A stretch of DNA of 64,000 bases from Chloroflexota bacterium (GTDB lineage Bacteria; Chloroflexota; UBA11872; UBA12225; JAJDUF01), in assembly GCA_022826725.1 (NCBI GenBank), contig JAJDUF010000006.1, positions 85,519 through 149,518 of the forward strand, in the 5' to 3' direction. The position numbers and the translations under genes are program-made. The notes beneath the pieces were generated by a model that saw only the letters and a list, made by a program, of their open reading frames with translations, was not told where the DNA came from and ran no database searches. Positions within the stretch are counted from its first letter, which is position 1, and each line of letters begins with the position of its first letter. Of the stretch, positions 16,571 to 25,863 are shown piece by piece.

Positions 16571-17551
16571 TCAATCCAACTCCCAAGACTGCACTCCAGG
16601 TGCTACGTCGTCCCCACCCTCGGGAATCTGATCGAGCAGGCTGAACGCTCCTCCCACCGCCGGCGGTGGTTGCAGATCGCGCGCCAGCGTCGTCGGCGCC
16701 AAGTCGCGTAGCTCCTCCGGCTCCCAGCGCCGTCCGCGCCGTAGCCCCCGGACGAAGCGCGGCTGCGCCAGCAACGCCACCTCGTAGCCGAAGCTGCCGA
16801 AGACCTGGCCGTTGACCGCTTGGGCCGCGTCGCTCGCCAGATACACCACCAGCGGCGCCACGTTCTCCGGGTCACGCTCCGTCCCGGCCGCTACCTCACT
16901 CGGCCACTTCCCCGTTTCCTCGAACTGCTGGTGGGCGCGCGGCGTCGTGTCAATCATCCGCGTGTCGGCGAACGGCATGATCGCGTTCGCGGTCACGTTG
17001 TAGCGGGTCAGTGCATTGGCGCAGGACCAGATCAGGCCCAGAATCCCGGCCTTGGCCGCGCCATAGTTGGGCTGGCCCGGTGCGCCGAGCGCCGAGGTCG
17101 AAGAGAAGGCGATGATCCGCCCGGAGCGTTGCTGACGAAACTGCTGCGTCGCCGGATGGATGACGTTGTACGCGCCCTTGAGATGCACCGCCGTCACGCT
17201 GTCCCATTCGTCCTCGGTGAGATTGAAGATCATCCGATCCCGCAGAATCCCCGCCGTATGCACCACAATATCAATTGTCCCGAATCGGTCCACGCAGTCC
17301 TGGACCATCTGCCGGCCCTGAGCGTGATCCGTGACCGAGCCGGTATTCGCCACCGCCGCACCGCCGGCCGCCCGAATCTCCTCAGCGACTTGGTTGGCCG
17401 GACCATGGTCGGCGCCTTCGCCCGTCAGCGAAGCGCCGATGTCGTTCACCACCACGCTTGCCCCGGCTCGCGCCATTGCCAGCGCAATGCCCCGCCCGAT
17501 ACCCCGTCCGCCACCTGTGACCAACGCCGCCTTGCCTTCAAGCATACCCAT
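16571..17551 (-). CDS. SDR-family oxidoreductase with a C-terminal extension
   Basis: GKAALVTGGGRGIGRGIALAMA (TGxxxGxG), NTAG-like HTAGIL, and a YGAAK catalytic Tyr-Lys. Confidence 0.85.
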   Translation of the reverse strand: MGMLEGKAALVTGGGRGIGRGIALAMARAGASVVVNDIGASLTGEGADHGPANQVAEEIRAAGGAAVANTGSVTDHAQGRQMVQDCVDRFGTIDIVVHTAGILRDRMIFNLTEDEWDSVTAVHLKGAYNVIHPATQQFRQQRSGRIIAFSSTSALGAPGQPNYGAAKAGILGLIWSCANALTRYNVTANAIMPFADTRMIDTTPRAHQQFEETGKWPSEVAAGTERDPENVAPLVVYLASDAAQAVNGQVFGSFGYEVALLAQPRFVRGLRRGRRWEPEELRDLAPTTLARDLQPPPAVGGAFSLLDQIPEGGDDVAPGVQSWELD

Positions 17552-17583
17552 CGTGCCTCGCTCGTTTCCTCTGCGATTCCTAT

Positions 17584-17694
17584 CTCGTCACTGCGGCGGA
17601 AGCCGCAGTCCATCCCCTCTCCCTCTGGGAGAGGGCCAGGGTGAGGGCAGACTCCCCCTCTCTACATGGTGGAGAGGGGCCCAGGGGGTGAGGA
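17584..17694 (+). repeat. Repeat cluster B-A-A
   Basis: ctcgtcactgcggcggaagccgcagtcca (17584-17612), A at 17614-17647, A at 17652-17694. Confidence 0.85.
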
Positions 17695-17709
17695 CCATCC
17701 CCCCGCCCT

Positions 17710-18993
17710 TTATACCCCATCAGCCCTCGCGCTTCCTAGTTGCACAATGCCCTGCTCGGCCCATTCGGCCACCGCCTCTGGTGAGCAGCCCAGCACCTCA
17801 ACCAGCACGGCCTCGGTGTGCTGGCCGAGCAACGGCGGCGGTCGCGGCGGCGCGTCCGGGTCAGCGCCGCCCTCGGCCGGACGGCCATAACGCCAGGGCA
17901 GCGCCGTGGTCGGCACCGGTCCAATGGGATGGTCCAGCTCCCGCACCAGCCCGCGCGCCTGCACTTGCGGGTGCGTTGCCACGCGATCCATCGTATTGAT
18001 TGGGCCACACGGCACGCCCTCCCGCTCCAATCGCGCCAGCCACTCATCGGCCGGCCGCGTCCTGAACAGGGCTTCCAGCTCCGGCAAAAGCTGGCCGCGG
18101 TGGCGCACCCGGTCGCCGTTCGTCGCAAAGCGCGGATCGGCGGCGAGGTGCGGCAGCTCGACAGCGCGGCAAAAGTGCTGCCAGAGTTGGTCGTTGTTCA
18201 CCGCAATGGTGATCTCGAACGTCGCCGTTTCGAATACCTGGTACGGCACGATATAGGGCAGCGCATTCCCCATCCGCCCCGGTGGCTTCCCGGAGAGCAG
18301 CGTGCCCACCAGGTGATACCCGAGCAGCGAAACCTGCCCCTCCAGCAGCCCCACGTCAATATACTGCGCCCCCGGCGCACTGCCCGCGTGCTCGGCCCGC
18401 TCCCGCGCCAGCAGTGCCCCAAGCAGCGCCGCCAGCGCATTGGTACCGGCGAGAATGTCCGTTTCCGCAACCCCGGCCTTCACCGGCGGTCCGTCCGGGT
18501 GACCGGTGACACTCATCATCCCGGCCTCGCCCTGCATGATCAGGTCGTAGCCCGGTTTCCAGGCGTCCGGCCCGTCCTGACCATAAGCCGAGATCGAGCA
18601 ATACACCACGTCGGGACGTACCGCACGCACCGCCTCGTAGCCCACTCCTAGCCGGTCTGCCACCCCGGGACGAAAGTTCTCGATCACGATGTCCGCCTGC
18701 GCGGCCAGTTCGAGACAGAGCCGTAGCCCCGTCGCGTCCTTCAGGTCGAGCGCCACGCTCCGCTTGTTGCGGTTCATCGAGAGAAAGTAGGAGCTTTCTC
18801 CGCCGTGGAAGGGCGGCCCCCAATGCCGCGCCTCGTCGCCCGTCTCCGGGCGCTCGACTTTGATCACGTCGGCGCCCAAGTCACCGAGCAGCATCGTGCA
18901 GTACGGTCCGACCAAAGCGCGGCTCAGGTCGAGCACGCGATAGCCGGCGAGAGGCAGCACAGCAACGAGCGGCCCTTGCGAACTGAGACTCAT
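17710..18993 (-). CDS. Family III CoA-transferase (CaiB/BaiF family)
   Basis: YRVLDLSRALVGPYCTMLLGDLGADVIKVERPETGDEARHWGPPF...NRNKRS is the typical N-terminal signature. Confidence 0.85.
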   Translation of the reverse strand: MSLSSQGPLVAVLPLAGYRVLDLSRALVGPYCTMLLGDLGADVIKVERPETGDEARHWGPPFHGGESSYFLSMNRNKRSVALDLKDATGLRLCLELAAQADIVIENFRPGVADRLGVGYEAVRAVRPDVVYCSISAYGQDGPDAWKPGYDLIMQGEAGMMSVTGHPDGPPVKAGVAETDILAGTNALAALLGALLARERAEHAGSAPGAQYIDVGLLEGQVSLLGYHLVGTLLSGKPPGRMGNALPYIVPYQVFETATFEITIAVNNDQLWQHFCRAVELPHLAADPRFATNGDRVRHRGQLLPELEALFRTRPADEWLARLEREGVPCGPINTMDRVATHPQVQARGLVRELDHPIGPVPTTALPWRYGRPAEGGADPDAPPRPPPLLGQHTEAVLVEVLGCSPEAVAEWAEQGIVQLGSARADGV

Positions 18994-19040
18994 AGTGTGG
19001 CTCTACCTTATACTATCCCGCACCGCAGCGAGCACCGGTC
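18943..19040 (+). repeat. Direct repeat copy 1 flanking the vapBC cassette (contains the CoA-transferase start codon region)
   Basis: gccggcgagaggcagc...aacgagcggcccttgcgaactgagactcatagtgtggctctaccttatactatcccgcaccgca... is repeated at 19797-19894 with about 6 mismatches, including a 63-nt identical core. Confidence 0.9.
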
Positions 19041-19148
19041 TTGCAGCGCGAGAGTGGGCAGTGGGGCCAACTCCCAGTTGACTTTACACGCGGCAGTGCA
19101 AAGGGCTATGGTAGACATATTGATTGCAGTTCTACCCCAAGGATCCCG

Positions 19149-19406
19149 ATGAGTCTCAACATCAAGAACGAGGAGACCTGCCGCCTCGCTGGTGAATTGG
19201 CCAGTCTTACCGGCGAGACGATGACCGGCGCCATCACGGTCGCGCTCAAGGAACGTTTGGAGCGCGAGAGACGCGAGCGCAGCGTCGAGGCCCGTGTCCA
19301 GGAGTTGCGTGCCATCGGTCAGCGCTGTGCTCACCTGTTGCGCGACGGGCCGTCGGCTGTTGAGCACGGCGATTTTCTCTATGACGAGCACGGGCTCCCC
19401 AAGTGA
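19149..19406 (+). CDS. vapB: VapB-type antitoxin
   Basis: MSLNIKNEETCRLAGELASLTGETMTGAITVALKERLERERRE... Its stop overlaps the vapC start by 4 nt. Confidence 0.8.
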   Translation: MSLNIKNEETCRLAGELASLTGETMTGAITVALKERLERERRERSVEARVQELRAIGQRCAHLLRDGPSAVEHGDFLYDEHGLPK

Positions 19407-19789
19407 TTGTCGACACGTCGGCGCTCCTGGCGGTCTTGTTTGGCGAGCCGGATGCCGAGCACTACGAGCAGGCGATAGCGACAGCCTCGCGGTGTCGGAT
19501 GTCCGTCGCCAGCTTTCTGGAGGCGGCCATTGTGCTCGAAAGCCGCGCCGGCGCCGCGGCCGGGCATGAGCTTGATCTCTTCCTGGAAAGAGCGCCCATT
19601 GAGCTGGTGCCGATCACCTCCGACCATGCCCAGGCCGCGCGCCGTGCCTGGCGGCGCTTCGGCAAGGGCAACCACCCGGCGGGCCTGAACTTCGGTGACT
19701 GCTTTGCCTACGCGCTGGCGGAAACCACCCGCGAACCCCTCCTGTTCAAGGGCCGGGACTTTGCACTGACCGATGTTGAGGCCGCCTGA
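19403..19789 (+). CDS. vapC: PIN-domain toxin VapC
   Basis: MIVDTSALLAVLFGEPD...FLEAAIVLESR...NFGDCFAYALA...LLFKGRDF is the canonical VapC pattern. Confidence 0.9.
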   Translation: MIVDTSALLAVLFGEPDAEHYEQAIATASRCRMSVASFLEAAIVLESRAGAAAGHELDLFLERAPIELVPITSDHAQAARRAWRRFGKGNHPAGLNFGDCFAYALAETTREPLLFKGRDFALTDVEAA

Positions 19790-19796
19790 TGCCCTT

Positions 19797-19894
19797 GCCG
19801 GCGAGAGGCAGCGCCGTAACGAGCGGCCCTTGCGAACTGAGACTCATAGTGTGGCTCTACCTTATACTATCCCGCACCGCACTGAGCAGCGGTC
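19797..19894 (+). repeat. Direct repeat copy 2 flanking the vapBC cassette (carries a non-functional duplicate of the CoA-transferase 5' end)
   Basis: See 18943-19040. The reverse strand reads ATGAGTCTCAGTTCGCAAGGGCCGCTCGTT..., a remnant of MSLSSQGPLV. Confidence 0.9.
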
Positions 19895-19925
19895 CGCAGA
19901 GGCCGTCGCGCAGCCGACCTAGCAA

Positions 19926-21116
19926 GTGGGGGTAGAGGTGATCGTCGGCGTACCCACGGAGACGTATCTGGACGAACGGCGCGTGGCCCTGATTCCGGCG
20001 ATGGTGCCGAAGATCGCGGGCACCGGATTAACAACGCTCGTCGAGGCGGGTGCCGGCGCACAGGCCGGTTACCCCGATTCGGCCTTTGAGTCGCAGGGTG
20101 CCCAGCTTGCGTCGGACAGGAACGCGCTTTTCTCCACGGCCGACGTGCTCGTGTTCGTACATGGGCCGGACACCGGCGGCGCCGACCTGGGGCTGCTGCG
20201 CGATGGTCAGGTCGTGATCGGACTGCTCGATCCGCTGGGCGCGCTGGAGGCGGTCCGCCAACTAGCGGAAAAGGGCGTCACCGCCTTTGCGCTGGAGTTG
20301 GTCCCACGTATCAGTCGCGCCCAGCCGATGGACGCTCTTTCCTCCATGGCCACCGTCGCGGGCTATAAGGCTGCACTCATGGCCGCCGAGTCCCTACCGA
20401 AGATGTACCCCATGATGATTACTGCCGCCGGCACCATCACGCCCGCGCGCGTCTTCGTGGTGGGCGCCGGTGTCGCCGGTCTTCAGGCTATCGTCACCTC
20501 CCGCCGCCTCGGCGCCGTCGTCCATGCCTACGACATCCGCCCGGTGGTGAAAGAGCAGGTCGAGAGCCTGGGCGCCAGGTTCGTCGAGCTTGGCCTCGAG
20601 ACCGAGGGCGCCGAGGCGTCCGGGGGCTACGCCCGTGCCATGGGCGAGGAGTTCTACCGTCGTCAGCGCGAGGTGATGGCACAGGTGGTGGCCGAGAGCG
20701 ACGTGGTCATCACCACGGCCGCGGTTCCCGGCAGCAAAGCGCCGACGCTCATCACCGCGGAGATGGTCTCCGGCATGCGCCCGGGTTCCATCGTCTTAGA
20801 CTTGGCCGCCGAGGGCGGCGGCAACTGCGAGCTAACCCGGCCACGTGAGACGGTGCAAGCCCACGGCGTGACCATCGCGGGACCGGTCAACCTCCCGTCC
20901 ACCATCCCCTATCACGCCAGCCAGATGTACGCCAACAACGTCGCTGCCTTCCTGGGCAATCTGTTTGCCGACGGCCAACTCCGATTGAACCTGGAAGACC
21001 CGATCATTCACGACACCCTCCTCACCCACGAGGGCGAGGTCCGCAATACCCGGGTGCGCGAGCTACTCGGACTACCCACCGCGAACGCGCACACCGCTGA
21101 AGGGAGTAGCTCCTAA
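19926..21116 (+). CDS. pntAA: NAD(P) transhydrogenase subunit alpha part 1
   Basis: VGVPTETYLDERRVALIP...VVGAGVAGLQAI...ITTAAVPG...LDLAAEGGGNCE. The start is ambiguous (GTG 19926 or GTG 19938). Confidence 0.9.
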   Translation: MGVEVIVGVPTETYLDERRVALIPAMVPKIAGTGLTTLVEAGAGAQAGYPDSAFESQGAQLASDRNALFSTADVLVFVHGPDTGGADLGLLRDGQVVIGLLDPLGALEAVRQLAEKGVTAFALELVPRISRAQPMDALSSMATVAGYKAALMAAESLPKMYPMMITAAGTITPARVFVVGAGVAGLQAIVTSRRLGAVVHAYDIRPVVKEQVESLGARFVELGLETEGAEASGGYARAMGEEFYRRQREVMAQVVAESDVVITTAAVPGSKAPTLITAEMVSGMRPGSIVLDLAAEGGGNCELTRPRETVQAHGVTIAGPVNLPSTIPYHASQMYANNVAAFLGNLFADGQLRLNLEDPIIHDTLLTHEGEVRNTRVRELLGLPTANAHTAEGSSS

Positions 21117-21409
21117 TGGAAGAGTTGAGCATTTTCGTCAAGGCGCTGACCGTCTTTGTGCTGGCGCTCTTTGTGGGCTTCGAGGTCATCCGCAAGGTCC
21201 CGCCGCTCCTGCATACCCCGCTCATGTCCGGGGCCAACGCCATCTCCGGCATCACCCTCGTCGGCACCCTGGTGACCGCCGGTCAGCACCTCACCCTCTT
21301 CACCACCATTCTGGGAGTGGTCGCCGTCGCCATGGCCACCGCCAACGTGGTGGGCGGCTTCCTCGTGACCCACCGCATGTTGGGCATGTTCCGCGGACGG
21401 AAGACATAG
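21116..21409 (+). CDS. pntAB: NAD(P) transhydrogenase subunit alpha part 2 (membrane)
   Basis: 97-aa hydrophobic protein ...PLMSGANAISGITLVG... Its start overlaps the pntAA stop (TAATG). Confidence 0.9.
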   Translation: MEELSIFVKALTVFVLALFVGFEVIRKVPPLLHTPLMSGANAISGITLVGTLVTAGQHLTLFTTILGVVAVAMATANVVGGFLVTHRMLGMFRGRKT

Positions 21410-21410
21410 C

Positions 21411-22811
21411 ATGTCACAGGCATTCATAGACCTCTTCTACCTGCTCGCCGCGGCTCTCTTCATCCTCGGCCTGCGGGACATGTCCCACCCGCGCCGGGCG
21501 GTGCGGGGCAACCTGTTCGGCTCGGCGGGCATGTTGGTGGCCATCGTGGTCACCCTGCTCGACCACCGCATCGTCAGCTTCGAGATCATCATTGTAGGGT
21601 TGGTGGTGGGCGCGCTGATCGGCGCAATCATGGCCTACCGCGTCCCCATGACCGGTATCCCCCAGGTTGTCGCTGTCTTCAATGGCTTCGGCGGTGGCGC
21701 CTCGGCCCTCGCCGTCGGCGCCGCGCTGGAAGAAGCGCTCAAGGGCGGCTTTGTCGAGGAGATTTCGGTCCAGTTCACCATCTCCTCCGTCGCCGCCGGG
21801 CTGATCGGCGGCGTAGCCCTGACGGGCAGCGCCATCGCCTTCGGCAAGCTCCAGGGCCTCATCCCGGAGCGACCCATCCTCCTCCCCGGCCGGCACGTCA
21901 TCAACGTGGTCCTGGCGTTGATCTGCTTGGGCCTGAGCATCTGGCTGATCCTCGACCCGACCTCCTCGCTGCCCTTCTGGCTCCTGGTGCCCGCGGCCGC
22001 CGTGCTCGGCATCTTCCTCGTGCTCCCCATCGGCGGCGCCGACATGCCGGTGGTGATCGCCCTGCTCAACTCGTACTCCGGATTGGCCGCCGCGGGGCAC
22101 GGCTGGGTGCTCAACAACAGCGTGCTCATCATCGCCGGCTCCCTCGTCGGTACCGCCGGGTTCATTCTCACCGTCCTCATGTGCCGGGCGATGAACCGCT
22201 CGCTGACCAACGTGATCTTCGCCGGCGTGGGTGCAGAAGTCGCCACCACGGCCGAGACCGAGGACATCTACGCCGGGCGGGTGAAATCGGCCTCACCGGA
22301 CGACGTGGCGCTGCTCATGGACGGCAGCCGGCGCGTGGTCATCGTCCCCGGCTACGGGATGGCCGCTGCCCAGGCCCAATACGTCGTCGGCGACCTCGTG
22401 GCGCTGCTGGAGGAGCGGGGTGTGGAGGTGGAGTTCGCCATTCACCCGGTCGCCGGGCGTATGCCGGGCCACATGAATGTCCTGCTGGCCGAGGCGGACG
22501 TTCCCTACGAGAAGCTGAAGGAGATGGACGAGGTCAACTCCACCTTCCAGCAAACCGACGTGGCCCTCGTCATCGGCGCCAACGATGTGGTCAACCCCAT
22601 GGCCCGCGAGGCCGATCCCTCGCTGCCCATCGCCGGTATGCCCATCATCAACGTGGACGAGGCGCAGTCCGTGATCGTCGTCAAGCGCAGCCTCAGCCCC
22701 GGGTTCGCCGGCATCCCCAATCCCCTCTTTGTCGCCGATAACACTCTCATGCTCTTCGGCGACGGTCGGGACATGATCCAAGCCCTCGTCGTCGCCCTCA
22801 AGGAGTTCTAA
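21411..22811 (+). CDS. pntB: NAD(P) transhydrogenase subunit beta
   Basis: N-terminal TM domain followed by VIVPGYGMAAAQAQ...IHPVAGRMPGHMNVLLAEA...GANDVVNP. Confidence 0.9.
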   Translation: MSQAFIDLFYLLAAALFILGLRDMSHPRRAVRGNLFGSAGMLVAIVVTLLDHRIVSFEIIIVGLVVGALIGAIMAYRVPMTGIPQVVAVFNGFGGGASALAVGAALEEALKGGFVEEISVQFTISSVAAGLIGGVALTGSAIAFGKLQGLIPERPILLPGRHVINVVLALICLGLSIWLILDPTSSLPFWLLVPAAAVLGIFLVLPIGGADMPVVIALLNSYSGLAAAGHGWVLNNSVLIIAGSLVGTAGFILTVLMCRAMNRSLTNVIFAGVGAEVATTAETEDIYAGRVKSASPDDVALLMDGSRRVVIVPGYGMAAAQAQYVVGDLVALLEERGVEVEFAIHPVAGRMPGHMNVLLAEADVPYEKLKEMDEVNSTFQQTDVALVIGANDVVNPMAREADPSLPIAGMPIINVDEAQSVIVVKRSLSPGFAGIPNPLFVADNTLMLFGDGRDMIQALVVALKEF

Positions 22812-22816
22812 GGCAC

Positions 22817-22930
22817 CTCCCTCTCCCGCCGAGAGAGGGATTGAGGGTGAGGGCCGGCATTCCCCCCGGCCCCGCACTCTAGGGCACGCTACACCGGTAC
22901 CCCTGCGTAGCGGAGGGCCATAGGGGGGCC
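22817..22930 (+). repeat. Repeat cluster A-E between convergent pntB and the aminotransferase
   Basis: cctccctctcccgccgagagagggattgagggtgaggg (22817-22853) and ggtacccctgcgtagcggagggccataggggggcc (22896-22930). Confidence 0.85.
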
Positions 22931-22948
22931 AGCGGGAAAGCCTACCGC

Positions 22949-24112
22949 CTACCCGAGGTAGCGCTCCAGCCGCTCCAATGCCTCGCTCAGCACGTCCATG
23001 CTGGTCGCGTAGCTGAGGCGGAGGTTGCCCTCACCATAGAAGTCGGCCCCCGGCACGGTGGCGATGTGCGCCTCGGTGAGCAGGCGGTCCGAGAAGTCCA
23101 GCGAAGCAGACTCGCCGGCCGGCAGGCTGGGATAGGCATAGAAGGCGCCCTCCGGCCAGGCGCATTCGACCCCGATCCGGTGCAGGCCGCTGATGAAGTA
23201 CTCGCGGCGCTTGGCGAACTCCCCAACCATCTCCTGCACGCAGTCCTGCGGACCGGTCAGCGCCTCGACCGCCGTCCACTGCGAGACGGAGGCCGTCTGC
23301 GTCGTGCTCTGCCCCATCAAGGCCGCCATCGCGCTGATGACCTCGGCCGGGCCGGCAGCATAACCCACCCGCCACCCGGTCATCGCATACGTCTTGCTGA
23401 CCGTGTTGACCTCGATAGTCCAGCGCTTCACTTCCTCATCGAGCGCCGCCGGCACCACGTGGGTCGCGTCGCCGTACAGGAAGTGCTCGTAGGTTTCGTC
23501 ACCGATCAGATAGATGCCCCGCTCGACCGCCAGCTCGGCCACGGCCCGCACTTCCTCCGGATCCATAACGACCCCGGTCGGGTTGTTCGGGCTGTTCAGA
23601 AAGATCGCGCGTGTGCGCGCGGTGATATGCGGCTCCAGGTCGGCCCGGCGGACCCGGTGATCGCTGCCTAGCTCGACCAGCACGGGCTTCCCATCCGCGA
23701 GCTTGACCTGCTCCACGAACGTCTGCCAGACCGGGATCGGTACCAGCACCTCGTCTCCCGGGTCACAGATCGCCATGCAGATGTTGTAGAGGATCTGCTT
23801 GGCGCCGACGGCGACCATTACCTCGGCAGGCTGATATTCCAGCCCGTTCTCCCGCCGGAACTTCTCGCAGATCGCCTCCCGCAGCTCCGGGATCCCGCTC
23901 GCCGGCGTGTATTTCGTCTTGCCGTCACGGATGGCGCGCCGCGCAGCCCCCTTGAGGTGCTCCGGTGTGTCGAAGTCCGGCTCGCCCAGTGTCAGGTTGA
24001 GGACCTTGTGTCCCTGCTGCTGGATCGCAGCAGCCTTGGCCGCCATCGCCATCGTCGGTGACGGAGCCATGGCCCGAATGCGTTGAGCGACATGCGGTGC
24101 TGCTTTGGACAT
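22949..24112 (-). CDS. Class I/II PLP-dependent aminotransferase (aspartate aminotransferase-like)
   Basis: LNLTLGEPDFDTP.H...KYTPASGIPELREAI...NSPNNPTG...SKTYAMTGWRVGY. Confidence 0.85.
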   Translation of the reverse strand: MSKAAPHVAQRIRAMAPSPTMAMAAKAAAIQQQGHKVLNLTLGEPDFDTPEHLKGAARRAIRDGKTKYTPASGIPELREAICEKFRRENGLEYQPAEVMVAVGAKQILYNICMAICDPGDEVLVPIPVWQTFVEQVKLADGKPVLVELGSDHRVRRADLEPHITARTRAIFLNSPNNPTGVVMDPEEVRAVAELAVERGIYLIGDETYEHFLYGDATHVVPAALDEEVKRWTIEVNTVSKTYAMTGWRVGYAAGPAEVISAMAALMGQSTTQTASVSQWTAVEALTGPQDCVQEMVGEFAKRREYFISGLHRIGVECAWPEGAFYAYPSLPAGESASLDFSDRLLTEAHIATVPGADFYGEGNLRLSYATSMDVLSEALERLERYLG

Positions 24113-24237
24113 TGGTCGAGAGCCTTTCGATAGCGGTGATATAGACCAGCCGAAGCCAATCGGATGAGTCTACCCACGCGCCCCGGCGAGCGTCAACGCC
24201 GCGCGCACCGCCAGAAGCGGCGGCGGATGGTGTGCGC

Positions 24238-25068
24238 CTAGCGGCCAGGTGCCGTGTGCGCTTGGATCGCCTCGCCGTCCAACGCAAACTCTCCGGTCCC
24301 ATCCTCCCCGGCGTCCAGACATTGCTGACGCACGGGACACCAGCCGCGGCAGATCGGATGGGAGTTTGGGTCCCATGCCCGCGGCGGGAGCGCCTCGCCG
24401 TCGAGGGCCTGCAGGATGGCGCCGCCACGCTCCGCTACGAACCGCTCCACCTGTTCCGGAGGCAAGAGCGGCACGCGCCGCTTATACACCTCATTGGGCG
24501 CCAGGTACACGATCCCAAGCTGCTGAATATCGTAGGCTACGCGCTCTCCGGTCACGAGGTCCTGACCGTCCTGCACGAGCCACCGATACATATTGAGTTG
24601 CCAGACGTGCTCCTCGCGGACCTTTCGCGGCAGCTCCTTGACGGTCTTGTAGTCCACGATCAGCCGGCGGCGCAGATCAATCTCGTCCGGCTGACCGGTC
24701 AGCACGACTTCCGGTGTGGCGCTGCGCTGAAAGCGCCGCTCGGCGATGATCTCCTCATCACCCCCTTGCTGCGCTTCGATACCGGTGTGCATCAGCGTGC
24801 CGCGCAGCCGCGGATAGAGTTGGTGGGGATACGCCGTATAGTCAACCAGTAGCTCCAGCGCGGACTGGCGTGTGCAGCCGGTCAGCCGCGTGGCCGACAG
24901 CACGATGCCCTCGCGCCCCTGGTCGTTCCGAGCGAGCGCCCGCAGCAGCGGATAGGTGAACTGGCAGCGCCGGCCGCGCGGCGGTGAGATGGCGCGGGAA
25001 CAGCTCAGGCACTCCCCGAACTCGACCGGCTCGTGCTCTACTTCGCAGCGAAATCGCGCTAACGGCAC
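24238..25068 (-). CDS. PD-(D/E)XK nuclease with Cas4/AddB-like Fe-S cysteines
   Basis: GQPDEIDL..RLIVDYKT (D..D/ExK core), QLNMYRWL (QxxxY), and a C-terminal CRGWCPVRQQC paired with an upstream Cys. Confidence 0.7.
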   Translation of the reverse strand: MPLARFRCEVEHEPVEFGECLSCSRAISPPRGRRCQFTYPLLRALARNDQGREGIVLSATRLTGCTRQSALELLVDYTAYPHQLYPRLRGTLMHTGIEAQQGGDEEIIAERRFQRSATPEVVLTGQPDEIDLRRRLIVDYKTVKELPRKVREEHVWQLNMYRWLVQDGQDLVTGERVAYDIQQLGIVYLAPNEVYKRRVPLLPPEQVERFVAERGGAILQALDGEALPPRAWDPNSHPICRGWCPVRQQCLDAGEDGTGEFALDGEAIQAHTAPGR

Positions 25069-25195
25069 AATGCGGTTGCCTCGCTCCGCGGAGGCGGCCT
25101 CCTCTCTACCTAGCTACCGGCAAGCATAGTACGGACTCCTCGGTACAACGCGCCACGCACCGATGCCCACTCGGAACTGGTCCGCATGGTCATGT

Positions 25196-25225
25196 TTGAC
25201 GGCTGACTCGAAAGCAGGCTAAGAT
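25196..25225 (+). promoter_or_regulatory. Putative sigma70-type promoter for the 25282 gene
   Basis: TTGACG (25196-25201), an 18-nt spacer, then TAAGAT (25220-25225). This is sequence resemblance only. Confidence 0.3.
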
Positions 25226-25281
25226 GCAAGCGAAGTCGCCTCCGGGTGAATGTTGGGGAAGGTAGCATAAGGGGAACGCAC

Positions 25282-25833
25282 ATGAGTGAAGCCGGCAGCA
25301 CCACACAGACGGGTGGATTCTTCGACAAGTTGTTTGCGCCGTTCCGCGAGTTCCGGAACCGCGAACGGCAGCGCCAGGAGCGGGAGCAAGCCGAAGTCCG
25401 CCGCCGCCTCGATGCCTACATCCGCGAGGTTGAGGAGGACTACGCCAACGCACAACAAATCGAACCCAAGCCCTACAAGGAGCTAACCTCCGGTGAGGTG
25501 CGCCAAGGGACGACTCCATCCTACGAGCACGTGCAGAGCACGGGCACGATCCGGCTCCATATGCTCCTGCCACCCGACCAGATGGACCGTGCCCAGCTCG
25601 TCCAGGCGCTGGCTCGCCCGATGGATGAGGAGTTGCCAGATCTCTACGACGTCAAGCCGCACGAGGGCCGCTCCAAGGAGCACGGCTATGTCATCCTGGG
25701 GCCGGCCGAGCAGTTCCTGCATACCCGCGGCGAGAACTGGCGTCTCTACGTCGAGCTAACCTACAGCCTGGCCTCCCACGGTGGTCGCGCGACGATCAAC
25801 CGCCGGTTCTACGTGCTCGACATTGTGCTGTAG
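25282..25833 (+). CDS. Hypothetical protein (183 aa) with a charged coiled-coil-like N-terminus
   Basis: ATG 25282 is preceded by aagggga. The sequence is MSEAGSTTQTGGFFDKLF...RERQRQEREQAEVRRRLDAYIREVEE... No family was recognised. Confidence 0.55.
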   Translation: MSEAGSTTQTGGFFDKLFAPFREFRNRERQRQEREQAEVRRRLDAYIREVEEDYANAQQIEPKPYKELTSGEVRQGTTPSYEHVQSTGTIRLHMLLPPDQMDRAQLVQALARPMDEELPDLYDVKPHEGRSKEHGYVILGPAEQFLHTRGENWRLYVELTYSLASHGGRATINRRFYVLDIVL

Positions 25834-25863
25834 GCGCTATCGAAGGTCCGCCGGTTGCCACCA

